Shown here: positions 25,376 through 34,089 of the stretch, piece by piece
Layout: each line of letters begins with the position of its first letter
How positions within the stretch are numbered: position 1 is the stretch's first letter
Origin: a virus
Taxonomy: Duplodnaviria; Caudoviricetes
IMG/VR virus record: IMGVR_UViG_3300019996_000004
Coordinates: 1 to 34,089 of that record
Direction: 5' to 3' (one strand)
Length of the DNA: 34,089 bases
The notes under the pieces: generated by a model
The model's input: only the letters and a program-made list of their open reading frames with translations
Told to the model about the DNA's origin: nothing
The model's database searches: none
Translations under genes and position numbers: made by a program

Positions 25376-25534
25376 ATGAAAGAAATTGAATTATTAAGAA
25401 AACTACACGGCACTTTTGACCGTCTTTGTCGGGTATGTGACACGGTAAAGCATGTCTCGCGATTTAAGAGATTTAACGCGCATCACAAAATGTGTAATGA
25501 TTGTTTTTTGAATAAAAAGGAAAAAACTTTATGA
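25376..25534 (+). CDS. 52-aa zinc-finger protein, not in the ORF track
   Basis: AGGAGG RBS; RLCRVCDTVK....F......MCNDC. Confidence 0.65.
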   Translation: MKEIELLRKLHGTFDRLCRVCDTVKHVSRFKRFNAHHKMCNDCFLNKKEKTL

Positions 25535-25695
25535 TAAAAGATTTAAATTCACAATTAAGAAAATGTATTGTTTGTAGAAAAGAAAAGTACTTAAGAAAGT
25601 TTCCTCCATATGTAGGAGGGTGTAGACGTTCAGTTAAGATTTGTAAAGATTGCTTTTATAAAAAACAACATTGTTTGATTGGAGGTGAGAAATGA
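25531..25695 (+). CDS. 54-aa zinc-finger protein, not in the ORF track
   Basis: ATGA overlaps at both ends; RKCIVCRKEK....F...ICKDC. Confidence 0.7.
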   Translation: MIKDLNSQLRKCIVCRKEKYLRKFPPYVGGCRRSVKICKDCFYKKQHCLIGGEK

Positions 25696-25880
25696 TTCAA
25701 TCTTGGATATGTCAAAAATGCGGGTATGTATGGGCTTTCCATGTTAAAGGATGTGAAAATTGTAATCATCAAGCAAATCATAATTTATCTTTATCTGAAT
25801 ATTTGTCGCGCCAACATTCTAATAGCGTGAAATATTTAGAGCGATTGGATGTGGGTCAAATATTATGGCGCACGAAATGA
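25692..25880 (+). CDS. Small zinc-ribbon protein
   Basis: GGAGG RBS; WICQKCG.V......CENC. Confidence 0.7.
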   Translation: MIQSWICQKCGYVWAFHVKGCENCNHQANHNLSLSEYLSRQHSNSVKYLERLDVGQILWRTK

Positions 25881-26296
25881 TAAGAACAATTAATGCCTCT
25901 GAGCATCAAATTCAATGTGCAATTGTGGAGTGGGCACGACTCACTCCGATAAATGTCGGGAAAACAACAATGGGGAAAATAGGTGACTATTTAATAAAAA
26001 ATGCTAACGAAGGAAAAAGAAGTTTTTCTTTGGCAAAAAAGATGAAGAAAGAAGGTTTAACATCAGGAGTATCAGATATGTTTTTTGCTTTTCCAATAAA
26101 TATCGGCAAACTTAATAAATTTATTTGTCCCACTCCTGGACTATGGATTGAAGTAAAGTCTAAAAAAGGTAAATTATCTGAGTCTCAAAAAATTTGGATA
26201 GAGCGCATGCGTTATATTGGATATCAATGTGTGGTTATAAATACAGTTGAAGAGGGGATGCAGGCAATCAAAAACTATTTGGGGATGAGATTATGA
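25877..26296 (+). CDS. VRR-NUC domain nuclease
   Basis: 'SEH.IQ', 'NEGKR', 'G...GVSD', 'IEVK...G.LS..Q..W'. Confidence 0.88.
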   Translation: MIRTINASEHQIQCAIVEWARLTPINVGKTTMGKIGDYLIKNANEGKRSFSLAKKMKKEGLTSGVSDMFFAFPINIGKLNKFICPTPGLWIEVKSKKGKLSESQKIWIERMRYIGYQCVVINTVEEGMQAIKNYLGMRL

Positions 26297-26367
26297 ATGT
26301 CTTAATAGCTTGCGAGTTCTCTGGGATCGTGCGAGAGGATTTTGCAATGGCAGATCAAAGAGGATAA
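26293..26367 (+). pseudogene. Truncated N-terminus of a phage DNA-cytosine methyltransferase-like gene
   Basis: MNVLIACEFSGIVREDF then stop after 24 aa; ATGA-coupled to VRR-NUC. Confidence 0.65.
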
Positions 26368-26371
26368 ATCT

Positions 26372-26548
26372 ATGGAAGAAAAAGAGAAAGCTAAAATAAG
26401 ATGCCTAAAATGTGGCAAAGAAAAAGCGCGCAAAGAGTTTCAGCGAGACAGTAAAGAATTTAAGTCTTGTAATGAATGCTGTTATGGATTACAAATATTA
26501 ATTGAGAGCCAATTCAATCTTGCTTTTGAATTGTTTAATTTAATATAA
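26372..26548 (+). CDS. Third zinc-finger paralog
   Basis: GAGG RBS; IRCLKCGKEK....F.......SCNEC. Confidence 0.65.
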   Translation: MEEKEKAKIRCLKCGKEKARKEFQRDSKEFKSCNECCYGLQILIESQFNLAFELFNLI

Positions 26549-26566
26549 GATTTTTAGGAGAATATA

Positions 26567-26860
26567 ATGGTTGAAAAATATGATGTAAATTATGAAAGAA
26601 ATAAAAAGATATTGGGGGGCTTGATTGCGGTTACCACTCTTATAGGTACAGGTCTGTCAATTTATTCTTTTTATAATTATTCAGATCAGTTGGGATTTTA
26701 TGCCGGACTGGCGGGAGGCTTTTTAGGGATGGGGGCTTTAACGGGAACGGCGGCATCTGTATATTGTTGCGCTTCATCTTTTTGGAATTCAAAAAAAGAA
26801 TCCCCTACTATGGATGAAGATACGGAAGTGACAAATAACCCAATATATATTAATGTTTGA
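26567..26860 (+). CDS. Two-TM membrane protein with acidic tail
   Basis: AGGAG RBS; two Gly-rich hydrophobic helices. Confidence 0.7.
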   Translation: MVEKYDVNYERNKKILGGLIAVTTLIGTGLSIYSFYNYSDQLGFYAGLAGGFLGMGALTGTAASVYCCASSFWNSKKESPTMDEDTEVTNNPIYINV

Positions 26861-26890
26861 AAAATTTACTTTTAGGAGTCTGATTCAAGA

Positions 26891-27097
26891 ATGTATACAC
26901 CAATAAATGAATATAAACTTTCAAAAGAAAATCAGGCTCTTTTAAAGCGGTGCAAAGAAATGTGTAAATTTAAAATTGACAAAATTTATTTAAATAGATC
27001 AGAGTTCAATGATTTTCTTGATAGCATTTCGGCGGCTTCTCGGAATTCTTATTGTGAATCAATCCCTTTCGAGGGTAAATTGTTGGTGATGAAGTAA
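26891..27097 (+). CDS. Hypothetical protein
   Basis: AGGAG upstream, 68 aa. Confidence 0.6.
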   Translation: MYTPINEYKLSKENQALLKRCKEMCKFKIDKIYLNRSEFNDFLDSISAASRNSYCESIPFEGKLLVMK

Positions 27098-27129
27098 AAT
27101 ATCATTTTTTAATATTTCGGAGATTTAAA

Positions 27130-27339
27130 ATGGCTAAATTAAGCGCATCAAAGCGAAGTGCCCTTAAAGATTCAACTTTCGGATTGCCAGGAAGTAGAAA
27201 ATACCCGATGCCTGATAAGAGTCATGCAGCAAATGCGAAAGCACGCGCTACGCAGATGGTTAAGAAAGGTAAACTAAGCGAATCTAGCAAGAACAAGATC
27301 GACGCGAAGGCTAATAAGGTTTTAGGGAAGAAGAAATAA
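27130..27339 (+). CDS. Small basic protein, DUF6582-like
   Basis: 'LS...R..L..S.FGLP..RKYPMPDKSHA.NA.ARA.Q'. Confidence 0.65.
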   Translation: MAKLSASKRSALKDSTFGLPGSRKYPMPDKSHAANAKARATQMVKKGKLSESSKNKIDAKANKVLGKKK

Positions 27340-27382
27340 TGTTTTAATAAGTAATTTTTGATAAAAACTTATCTATATTATG

Positions 27383-27411
27383 TTGACTTTTGAAAAGCAT
27401 ACTGATATAAC
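27383..27411 (+). promoter_or_regulatory. Candidate late promoter
   Basis: TTGACT, 17 nt, TATAAC with extended -10 TG. Confidence 0.55.
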
Positions 27412-27448
27412 CCTATAAATTGTTTTTATTAATTTATGGGGTAAGTAA

Positions 27449-27667
27449 ATGCAAAAAATGCAAAAAATTGAGAGACAACGCGTTCAATCAATTCCTGGCA
27501 AAGTCGGTACTCCCTCAAAAATCAAGCACCAGAAGATCAAAGAGATCACTGGAAAAAGCGCAGTAAAACCCAAAAAACCTTCTCTTGTCATCGCTATCGG
27601 TGTGGGTAAGCTTGGAAAAGGAATGCCCAGTATGGGGCAATCAAGCAAGATGAGGAAAATGAAATGA
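27449..27667 (+). CDS. Lys-rich basic hypothetical protein
   Basis: 72 aa, highly basic. Confidence 0.55.
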   Translation: MQKMQKIERQRVQSIPGKVGTPSKIKHQKIKEITGKSAVKPKKPSLVIAIGVGKLGKGMPSMGQSSKMRKMK

Positions 27668-27972
27668 GGTGCTCTTTCCTGAGGGTCTGTATTGATCCAT
27701 TATGTAAGTTTCATAATCCTCAACCACAAGCATTTCCACCTCCTGATGAAATGTTTTCCGAATCTAAAAATGCGGGTGCCGGTATGTCAAAGGCAATATC
27801 TGAACAGGAAGAAGACTTAATCTTTTCACTCACCCAAGCAAATAAAATGATTGACTCTCATATCGCTAGAATAACTCCATCAGTTGGAGATGAAGCAATT
27901 ATTTTGAGAAATTTAAGCAAAAATATTAATTTTGCAATTCAAAAACTTAAAGATATTTATGGGATTATTTGA
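27664..27972 (+). CDS. Hypothetical protein
   Basis: ATGA-coupled; N-terminal C..C....C..H. Confidence 0.55.
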   Translation: MRCSFLRVCIDPLCKFHNPQPQAFPPPDEMFSESKNAGAGMSKAISEQEEDLIFSLTQANKMIDSHIARITPSVGDEAIILRNLSKNINFAIQKLKDIYGII

Positions 27973-28007
27973 TTTCTGAAAAATCAGTTTTTTAACAGAA
28001 GAGGTCT

Positions 28008-28355
28008 ATGGCTAGAGGCGAAGGTGCACATCTTTTTAAAAAAGGTCAATCTGGTAATCCTGCTGGAAAGCCAAAAGGCCTGAAATCTCTTGTACTTTTT
28101 AATCCTGGTCGTATTTGCACAGATGAAAAGTTCAATCCTTTCTTACATCTAATAAAACTAGCACGCAATGGTAGCACTGAGAGAATACAGTTAGAGGCAA
28201 CCATTGAGCTTTGCACATATGTTGGAAAGAAGCTAAAACCTGTTGAGACTGATGGTGTTGATTCCGAAGAACGTTTGAATGTTATTTTAAATATCGGGAA
28301 TAAGCCAATCCAAAATGACGATACTCGAATATACAGCGACACGAACGGCAGATGA
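28008..28355 (+). CDS. terS: Terminase small subunit (DUF5681-type N-terminus)
   Basis: 'FKKGQSGNPAGKPKG'; overlaps terL start. Confidence 0.75.
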   Translation: MARGEGAHLFKKGQSGNPAGKPKGLKSLVLFNPGRICTDEKFNPFLHLIKLARNGSTERIQLEATIELCTYVGKKLKPVETDGVDSEERLNVILNIGNKPIQNDDTRIYSDTNGR

Positions 28356-29781
28356 ATTCCATCTTGACGATAGTTTTGTAAGGCTTTTATTTGGGCCCGT
28401 AGGATGTGGTAAGAGCGTCGCAAACTGTCTTGAGATATTTAGGCGCGCATTACAACAAGAAAAGGCTGATGACGGTATTAGGTATAGTCGATGGGCCGTA
28501 TGCAGGAATACGTATCCAGAATTAAAGAGCACAACTATTAGAACGTGGCTTGATTGGTTTCCTGAAAGAATTTTTGGCAAGATTAAATATGATTCTCCAA
28601 TTATGCACGTTATTAGCATCGGAGATTTGCACTTAGAGATTTTATTTTTGCCGTTAGGATGTGATGACGATTTAAGCAAGCTAAAGTCATTAGAGCTCAC
28701 TGGAATTTACTTTAACGAGCTTCAATTCTTTAGCGAATTTTTGTTTGAAGAGTCATTGGAACGAGTTAATCGGTATCCTGGTAAAAAGCTTGGTTGCAAG
28801 ATTACATGGACTGGCGCGATAGCTGATACAAATCCGCCAGACGCGCAGCATTGGATATACAAAAGATTTGAAATAAAAAGTCCAGAAGGACAGAAGATTT
28901 TCAAGTATGAACCGGCAGTTATAAAAGTTGAACGACTTACAGAAAATGATAATGATAGTGAGCACGCATATTCATTGGATGGGTCGTTGTATATAAAGAA
29001 CGATAACGCTGACTACGCAATGAATCAGCAGGCAGGCAGTAATTATTGGCTTAACTTGGTAAAGAGTCATAACGATGACACCATAAAAGTTTCATATATG
29101 GGTCACTATGGGATTGTAAGGAAAAATAGGCGCGTGTATCCAGAATATAATGACCAGATACATTGTGTTGAAAATCTCTCGTATCATCGGGCAACGGAAC
29201 TTGGGATGGGCTGGGATTTTGGAAACACTCCGGCTGTCGTGTTGTGTCAGCTTTCTGTTCATGGGCATTTCATGATTTTAGATGAGTTGGTATGTGATGG
29301 TGGTGGTTTGGATGCGTTTTGCAAAGATATTGTATTGCCACATTTGAATAAAAATTATCCTGGTTGGCATAATAGTTTTTTAAGTGTTGGCGATCCTGCC
29401 GGCGTAGCGGCATCTCCAACAGATGCAAAAACATGTTTTCAGATTTTGAATTCGAACGGCATAAGAACGAAGGCTGCCAAAACAAATGCGATCATAGCGA
29501 GAAAAGAAGCCGTCTCGTTTTTTCTACGAAAAATGATTGGTGGGCGTCCGGCATTAATGATATCGCCGAAAGCAATTATAGTAAGGCAAGGTTTCAATGG
29601 TGATTATTTTTATAGACGTGTGAACGTTAAGCATGACGAAAGATACAAAGAAGAGCCAGACAAAAACTTCGCCAGCCATCCTCATGACGCTTTACAATAT
29701 ATCGCAATGGAGTATCAGGCTCTTTACGAAAGGCCGGTCGGAGTTAAAAGAGAAGCATTAACGGGCACATTAATTTCATAG
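28315..29781 (+). CDS. terL: Terminase large subunit
   Basis: Walker A GPVGCGKS, Walker B IYFNE, DTNPP, nuclease GWDFG, 'SHPHDALQY'. Confidence 0.95.
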   Translation: MTILEYTATRTADEFHLDDSFVRLLFGPVGCGKSVANCLEIFRRALQQEKADDGIRYSRWAVCRNTYPELKSTTIRTWLDWFPERIFGKIKYDSPIMHVISIGDLHLEILFLPLGCDDDLSKLKSLELTGIYFNELQFFSEFLFEESLERVNRYPGKKLGCKITWTGAIADTNPPDAQHWIYKRFEIKSPEGQKIFKYEPAVIKVERLTENDNDSEHAYSLDGSLYIKNDNADYAMNQQAGSNYWLNLVKSHNDDTIKVSYMGHYGIVRKNRRVYPEYNDQIHCVENLSYHRATELGMGWDFGNTPAVVLCQLSVHGHFMILDELVCDGGGLDAFCKDIVLPHLNKNYPGWHNSFLSVGDPAGVAASPTDAKTCFQILNSNGIRTKAAKTNAIIARKEAVSFFLRKMIGGRPALMISPKAIIVRQGFNGDYFYRRVNVKHDERYKEEPDKNFASHPHDALQYIAMEYQALYERPVGVKREALTGTLIS

Positions 29782-29791
29782 GGGATTTTTT

Positions 29792-30247
29792 ATGGTAGAC
29801 GAGAAAAAAGAAGTTGAGGCAGAAGTAAAAAAACCAAGGATGTCAAAAGAGAAAGAAGCTTTGCTAAAAACGGTTCAAAATCTTGGGATTTCTACGGATG
29901 GATTGTCTGATCAGGAATTGCTTAAAAAAGTTGTGGATGAGTTAAATAAATCATCTGATAAACTTGCAGAAAAGATGGCGATATCCGAAGTAGATTTTAT
30001 TAAGAAATACGTATCAGGTGTCGAGCATAACATAAAGAATCAAGAGCTTTTGAGCCGCTTACGAATGATGAGCGTCCCTTCTTTCTATCTTCACTTATTC
30101 AGAGATGAAGATATGATTCTGGAAGATTCAGAGCTTTGGTCAATTATTAATGAAAGCGGGATTAATCCATACGGAAACGTTCAAGATTTATTTAGAAAGA
30201 ATAAAACGTTTATGGGTAAAGGGTCTAAAAAGCGTAAACGCGGTTAA
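29792..30247 (+). CDS. Hypothetical protein between terL and portal
   Basis: 151 aa, helical, basic C-terminus. Confidence 0.65.
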   Translation: MVDEKKEVEAEVKKPRMSKEKEALLKTVQNLGISTDGLSDQELLKKVVDELNKSSDKLAEKMAISEVDFIKKYVSGVEHNIKNQELLSRLRMMSVPSFYLHLFRDEDMILEDSELWSIINESGINPYGNVQDLFRKNKTFMGKGSKKRKRG

Positions 30248-30261
30248 TGCGAGCATAAGAC

Positions 30262-32481
30262 ATGAAATATTCTGCCGATAAAAAAGACAAAAAAAAAGAA
30301 AAAGTCAAGGACATTGATAATGAGGTAATACAAAAGCAAATCGAGTGCTGGAAAAGCAAGTTTCAAGACAATAATGAGCGTGGCAGAGAGATGATTTCAT
30401 TCATCACTCAGGGGGAGCAATGGGATTCTCGGCAGACTAGCGAAAGATGGCTTGCTGGGAAAGAAAGCCTCACATTTAATATTTGCTGGAAAGAAATGAA
30501 GAAGATGAAGTCTCAGATAAAAGAGATTGAATTTTCTTTAGATGTATTTCCAACCTCAAAAGATTCTGAAGAAGACGTATCAACAACAAACGCATTCGGC
30601 ATTCTGATGGATAACATAATTTTAGAAAAAAAAGTTGTTTCCAATTTAAGCGAAACATTCGAAAGATGTATTGATTTCGGGTATTCGTTTGGTCAAGTGG
30701 ATTTTAGGCGCATGAATAATAGTACACTATCGCTTTATCCTGTTTATATTCATCATAACGATCCTACAATCGGATTTTGGGATACAAACGCCTGTTCAAA
30801 GACAAAGATTGATGGGCAGTTTTCGGGTATTACGCGAATTCTTACCGGCACAGAAATCAAAAGAAAATACCCCAAAATTGATTCAAGCAAATGTTTAGTA
30901 AAACCTACCGGTAATGTCGTAGTCGATTATTGGTTTCGTCAAGAGATAGAAAAAGAGTTTTGCTTGTTATTGAGCGGCGAATATAAGCGCAAAGACTTTT
31001 TAACATTTGACGATAAAAACAGTTTGATGACTTATGACAGGTTAAGACTGCTGAAGCAGGCTGGTGATATTGATAATGATTTCGAGTTAGAGAAAAAAGG
31101 GTTCGTAGACTGTATTTATTTCAAAAGAATATGCAACTGGGTCAATCTTGAAAACCCAAAGATGTTTCCTACAGATGACTTGCCTTTGCTCTATCATCCT
31201 TCTTGTACGTTTTGGACGCCAGACAACTCATCTTTCACAATTCCGTTTGGGTATCATTTGCAGGGAGCTCAAAAGCTTTATAACTTTGTTAATAGTCAGA
31301 TTGCAACTCAGTCGAAGGCGTGTACTTCTGATAAATGGTTATTTGAACCAGAGCATGTCGAATCTCAAACTCAGCTTGAAACGGCGAGAAACATTAACAA
31401 AATTGAAGGAGGCGTGGCATTTGGCGGAGACATCTCAAGAATACGAAGGGAAAGACCGTCTGAATTATCTATGTCCCTGATTCAAATGTCTCAAACTATG
31501 AAGCAGGTCGTTGATGAGATTGGTGGCGCTCAGATTGACGCTAATAATGCTCAGCAAACTGTTATTTCTGGGGTGGCTCTTGATAAAATAACAAAAAACA
31601 TGAAGGTTATAAACGATGAATCCATGGCAAACCATATTTTGTTTACTAATGACGTCGGAAAGCTATACGGGCAAATGTTGCCTAGAGTCGTTACAGAACA
31701 ACGCACAATGGTTGTAAAGATGAAGGACGGCACGGGGAAACCCATAATAATCAATCAGGAGCTTGGGACTGGCGAAATCGGGAATGATATTACTGATATT
31801 AACAATAAGTTTGAATATGACATTAAAGCGGGCGCAAGCGGAGATATCGAAAAAGAGAATATGGCGAGATATTTGACTCAGGCGTATCAGTTAAATCCTG
31901 GTCTTTTTGCGACTACTGCAGATATTTATTTTAGAAACCTTAACGGGAAGGATTCAGGGGAATTGGCATTGCGCGCTTTGGCGGCTATTGATCCTAATCT
32001 GGTTAAATTTTCTCAAGGTCTTATTACACAAGACGAATACAATCAATCTGTTCAGCGGCAGCAGAAACAACAACAAATTGCTCATGCTGAAGCTCTTAGG
32101 AGTGATCCAACATATCAAAGTGCTGTGGCGATGTCAGCTGCTGAAACAGAGAAGGCAAAAGCCGCTCAGAAGAATTCAGATACCACAAGAATTAAGGTAC
32201 TCGCTGAAGCCATAGGCAAAGAAACTGATCGTGATATTGAAGTTGCAAAAGTATTGATTCAGTCTGATAAGGCTGATGCGCAAAAAGCAGTTAGCGCACT
32301 TAATGCTCAGCTATCAGTTAATGATCAAATGATTGATCGAATGCGTGAAGTTATCGGAGATAATGATCTGGCTTTGGAGGGAGAAAATCAACCTGGCGCG
32401 CCCAATGATGCTGGCGATAACGCTCAAATTTCTCCTGATCAGGAAGATGGGTCTCAACAGGGTGATCCTAATGCAGGCTAA
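30262..32481 (+). CDS. Portal protein, P22-like
   Basis: 739 aa; 'F..GEQW', 'LTFN', 'Q..YN', 'SGVAL'; C-terminal Gln/Ala coiled-coil barrel. Confidence 0.9.
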   Translation: MKYSADKKDKKKEKVKDIDNEVIQKQIECWKSKFQDNNERGREMISFITQGEQWDSRQTSERWLAGKESLTFNICWKEMKKMKSQIKEIEFSLDVFPTSKDSEEDVSTTNAFGILMDNIILEKKVVSNLSETFERCIDFGYSFGQVDFRRMNNSTLSLYPVYIHHNDPTIGFWDTNACSKTKIDGQFSGITRILTGTEIKRKYPKIDSSKCLVKPTGNVVVDYWFRQEIEKEFCLLLSGEYKRKDFLTFDDKNSLMTYDRLRLLKQAGDIDNDFELEKKGFVDCIYFKRICNWVNLENPKMFPTDDLPLLYHPSCTFWTPDNSSFTIPFGYHLQGAQKLYNFVNSQIATQSKACTSDKWLFEPEHVESQTQLETARNINKIEGGVAFGGDISRIRRERPSELSMSLIQMSQTMKQVVDEIGGAQIDANNAQQTVISGVALDKITKNMKVINDESMANHILFTNDVGKLYGQMLPRVVTEQRTMVVKMKDGTGKPIIINQELGTGEIGNDITDINNKFEYDIKAGASGDIEKENMARYLTQAYQLNPGLFATTADIYFRNLNGKDSGELALRALAAIDPNLVKFSQGLITQDEYNQSVQRQQKQQQIAHAEALRSDPTYQSAVAMSAAETEKAKAAQKNSDTTRIKVLAEAIGKETDRDIEVAKVLIQSDKADAQKAVSALNAQLSVNDQMIDRMREVIGDNDLALEGENQPGAPNDAGDNAQISPDQEDGSQQGDPNAG

Positions 32482-33865
32482 GCAAACACAAAAGTTTGTT
32501 GATATCCCTATCAATAAGGGAGCAATGCCTCAATGGGAAACTAGATTGGGATATCCAAAATTATTCAATATGTTTGTAGGTGAAGAAGGACACGCCTACT
32601 GTATGCCGTGGCTAAAAAATATCAGTCCTTTAAATAGTATTAGGAATATAAGGGCTATTTTTGAAACACAATTTAAAAACGGTTCATACATCATTTTAAC
32701 TGATGAGGCTCTATTAAGACTTGAATATACTGGCGATGTCAGGTTCATTCAATCAATAAGAAATAACGGTCTTCCAGTTCAAATCGATGAGAACCAACAA
32801 TGTCAGGTCGGATTTGTGGATGGTCAGAGTTTTTATGTTTATGATCAGGCAAATGAAGACCTTGTGAAGATGGGCGCAATTCAGGGATTTTCCTTCACCA
32901 CTCCAATATCAATCACGATGGTAAATAATATCGGAATTGTTCTTGATTCTGATACTGGAGAGTGGGCAATATCTGACCCTAATCAGTTGTTAGTATTTCC
33001 TCCGATAGATGGAGAACAAAGAATTTCTAGTGCTTTGGGTGACGGCAGGACATTGGAAACAATAAATGACAATTTATATATTTTTGGCTCAAAAGGAATT
33101 GAGAAATGGATTCCAAGCTCTGGAAATAGCCCTTATCTTTTTCCTTTTGCAAAAGATAATAGTTTTAGAATTGACTTCGGTGTTATTGCAACCAATGGCG
33201 CAAACCAAGGATTTAGCGAAATATATTTTGTAAGTTCTAACCTTCTTCCTGAAGTTTTGACCAGCGCCGGCGTAAAACCTGTTGCATCCCCTGCATTGGC
33301 AAAGATTTTTTCAAAATATCCCGATATAGACAGAATTTCTACAACTTTCTATAAGTTTTTGGGTAATTATTTTTTCCATATTTATTTCCCTGTCACTCAA
33401 ATATCTTGGATATATTGTACAAATTCTCAGACATGGTCTTTATCTGATGACCATGTTACATGTGGAATAACAAGAGAAAGTGTTATTGCAAATCTTGATG
33501 GCGTCTTTATGCTAACTGATGACGATGCTTATGCGACAAGTAAAAAAAGAGAATTCCAATCAGAAAGGATATTTCACTATAAAGGAACCGAGACATACAG
33601 AATGTCTTTGAATTCTGTAGAGTCCAAGATTATTCAGGGATATATACAGTCTTCGACTGTAGAGCCTCAGCATTTGAGATTAAATATATCTCTTGATTCT
33701 GAGAAATGGCTCAATCCTGTTCCTATGCCAATGGGAGATACGGGTGAAAGGGAAGGAATCACACTATGGCGCACAAATTTGATATCTCATGAATTTACCT
33801 TTAATTTGCAATATCAAGGCACATACAGAATAACCTTAGAGAAGTTAACGGCAATTATTAAATAG
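32471..33865 (+). CDS. Tail hub / packaged-DNA stabilization protein, P22 gp10-like
   Basis: 464 aa beta-rich; 'LYIFGSKGIEKW...G...FPF', 'W.Y...SQTW', 'L.IS.D...W' motifs. Confidence 0.78.
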   Translation: MQAKQTQKFVDIPINKGAMPQWETRLGYPKLFNMFVGEEGHAYCMPWLKNISPLNSIRNIRAIFETQFKNGSYIILTDEALLRLEYTGDVRFIQSIRNNGLPVQIDENQQCQVGFVDGQSFYVYDQANEDLVKMGAIQGFSFTTPISITMVNNIGIVLDSDTGEWAISDPNQLLVFPPIDGEQRISSALGDGRTLETINDNLYIFGSKGIEKWIPSSGNSPYLFPFAKDNSFRIDFGVIATNGANQGFSEIYFVSSNLLPEVLTSAGVKPVASPALAKIFSKYPDIDRISTTFYKFLGNYFFHIYFPVTQISWIYCTNSQTWSLSDDHVTCGITRESVIANLDGVFMLTDDDAYATSKKREFQSERIFHYKGTETYRMSLNSVESKIIQGYIQSSTVEPQHLRLNISLDSEKWLNPVPMPMGDTGEREGITLWRTNLISHEFTFNLQYQGTYRITLEKLTAIIK

Positions 33866-33874
33866 GAGAAAGTT

Positions 33875-34089
33875 ATGCAAGAGAACGAAAATCCGGAAAT
33901 TCAGGAAGATCAGGCACAGATGCCGGAAGTACCGCAAGCAGAAAATGAAGCTGAAACAAAAGATGAAGCTGCGGCACTTCATGAAGGGTTTAAGATAAGG
34001 CTTAAAAAGGAAAGACAAAAATCTGAAGCTGAAGCAAAAAAAGCTGAAGGATTGGCAAGACAGCTTGATGAGTTACAAAAAAAGTTTAA
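33875..34089 (+). CDS. Scaffolding protein, N-terminal part (continues across the junction to 629; 238 aa total)
   Basis: AGGAG RBS then ATG at 33875 (MQENENPEIQED...), acidic N-terminus, reads in frame through the terminal repeat into ORF 90..629. Confidence 0.8.
   Translation, partial: MQENENPEIQEDQAQMPEVPQAENEAETKDEAAALHEGFKIRLKKERQKSEAEAKKAEGLARQLDELQKKF
33963..34089. repeat. Terminal direct repeat, right copy
   Basis: Identical to 1-127; 127 nt is a common assembler k-mer length. Confidence 0.97.

Noticed and set aside
32333-32470. 46-aa N-terminal extension of the gp10-like ORF
   Set aside because: Overlaps the portal gene; ATG 32471 is the more plausible start.

Overview
Apparently complete, circular (33,962 bp plus a 127-bp end overlap), AT-rich tailed-phage genome with a P22-like podovirus morphogenesis module (terS, terL, portal, gp10-like hub, scaffold split across the ends, coat, gp4-like adaptor, three ejection proteins, two tail fibres) and an M15 endolysin/holin cassette. 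It also has a leftward early operon (YqaJ exonuclease, putative annealase, CsrA, RelA/SpoT-type HD hydrolase, many small paralogous ORFs), an XRE-repressor/Cro switch and a lambdoid-style initiator with iterons. I could not recognise an integrase. The most unusual signal is a cluster of three non-canonical tRNA-like RNAs around csrA (18744-19558), each closed by an acceptor-like stem followed by R-CCA, in the same operon as a small alarmone hydrolase. Also notable are a 37-38-nt hairpin repeat with a compensatory base change in the coat-gene leader and nested domain insertions in the virion fibre proteins. All family calls come from motif recognition by eye; no searches were run.
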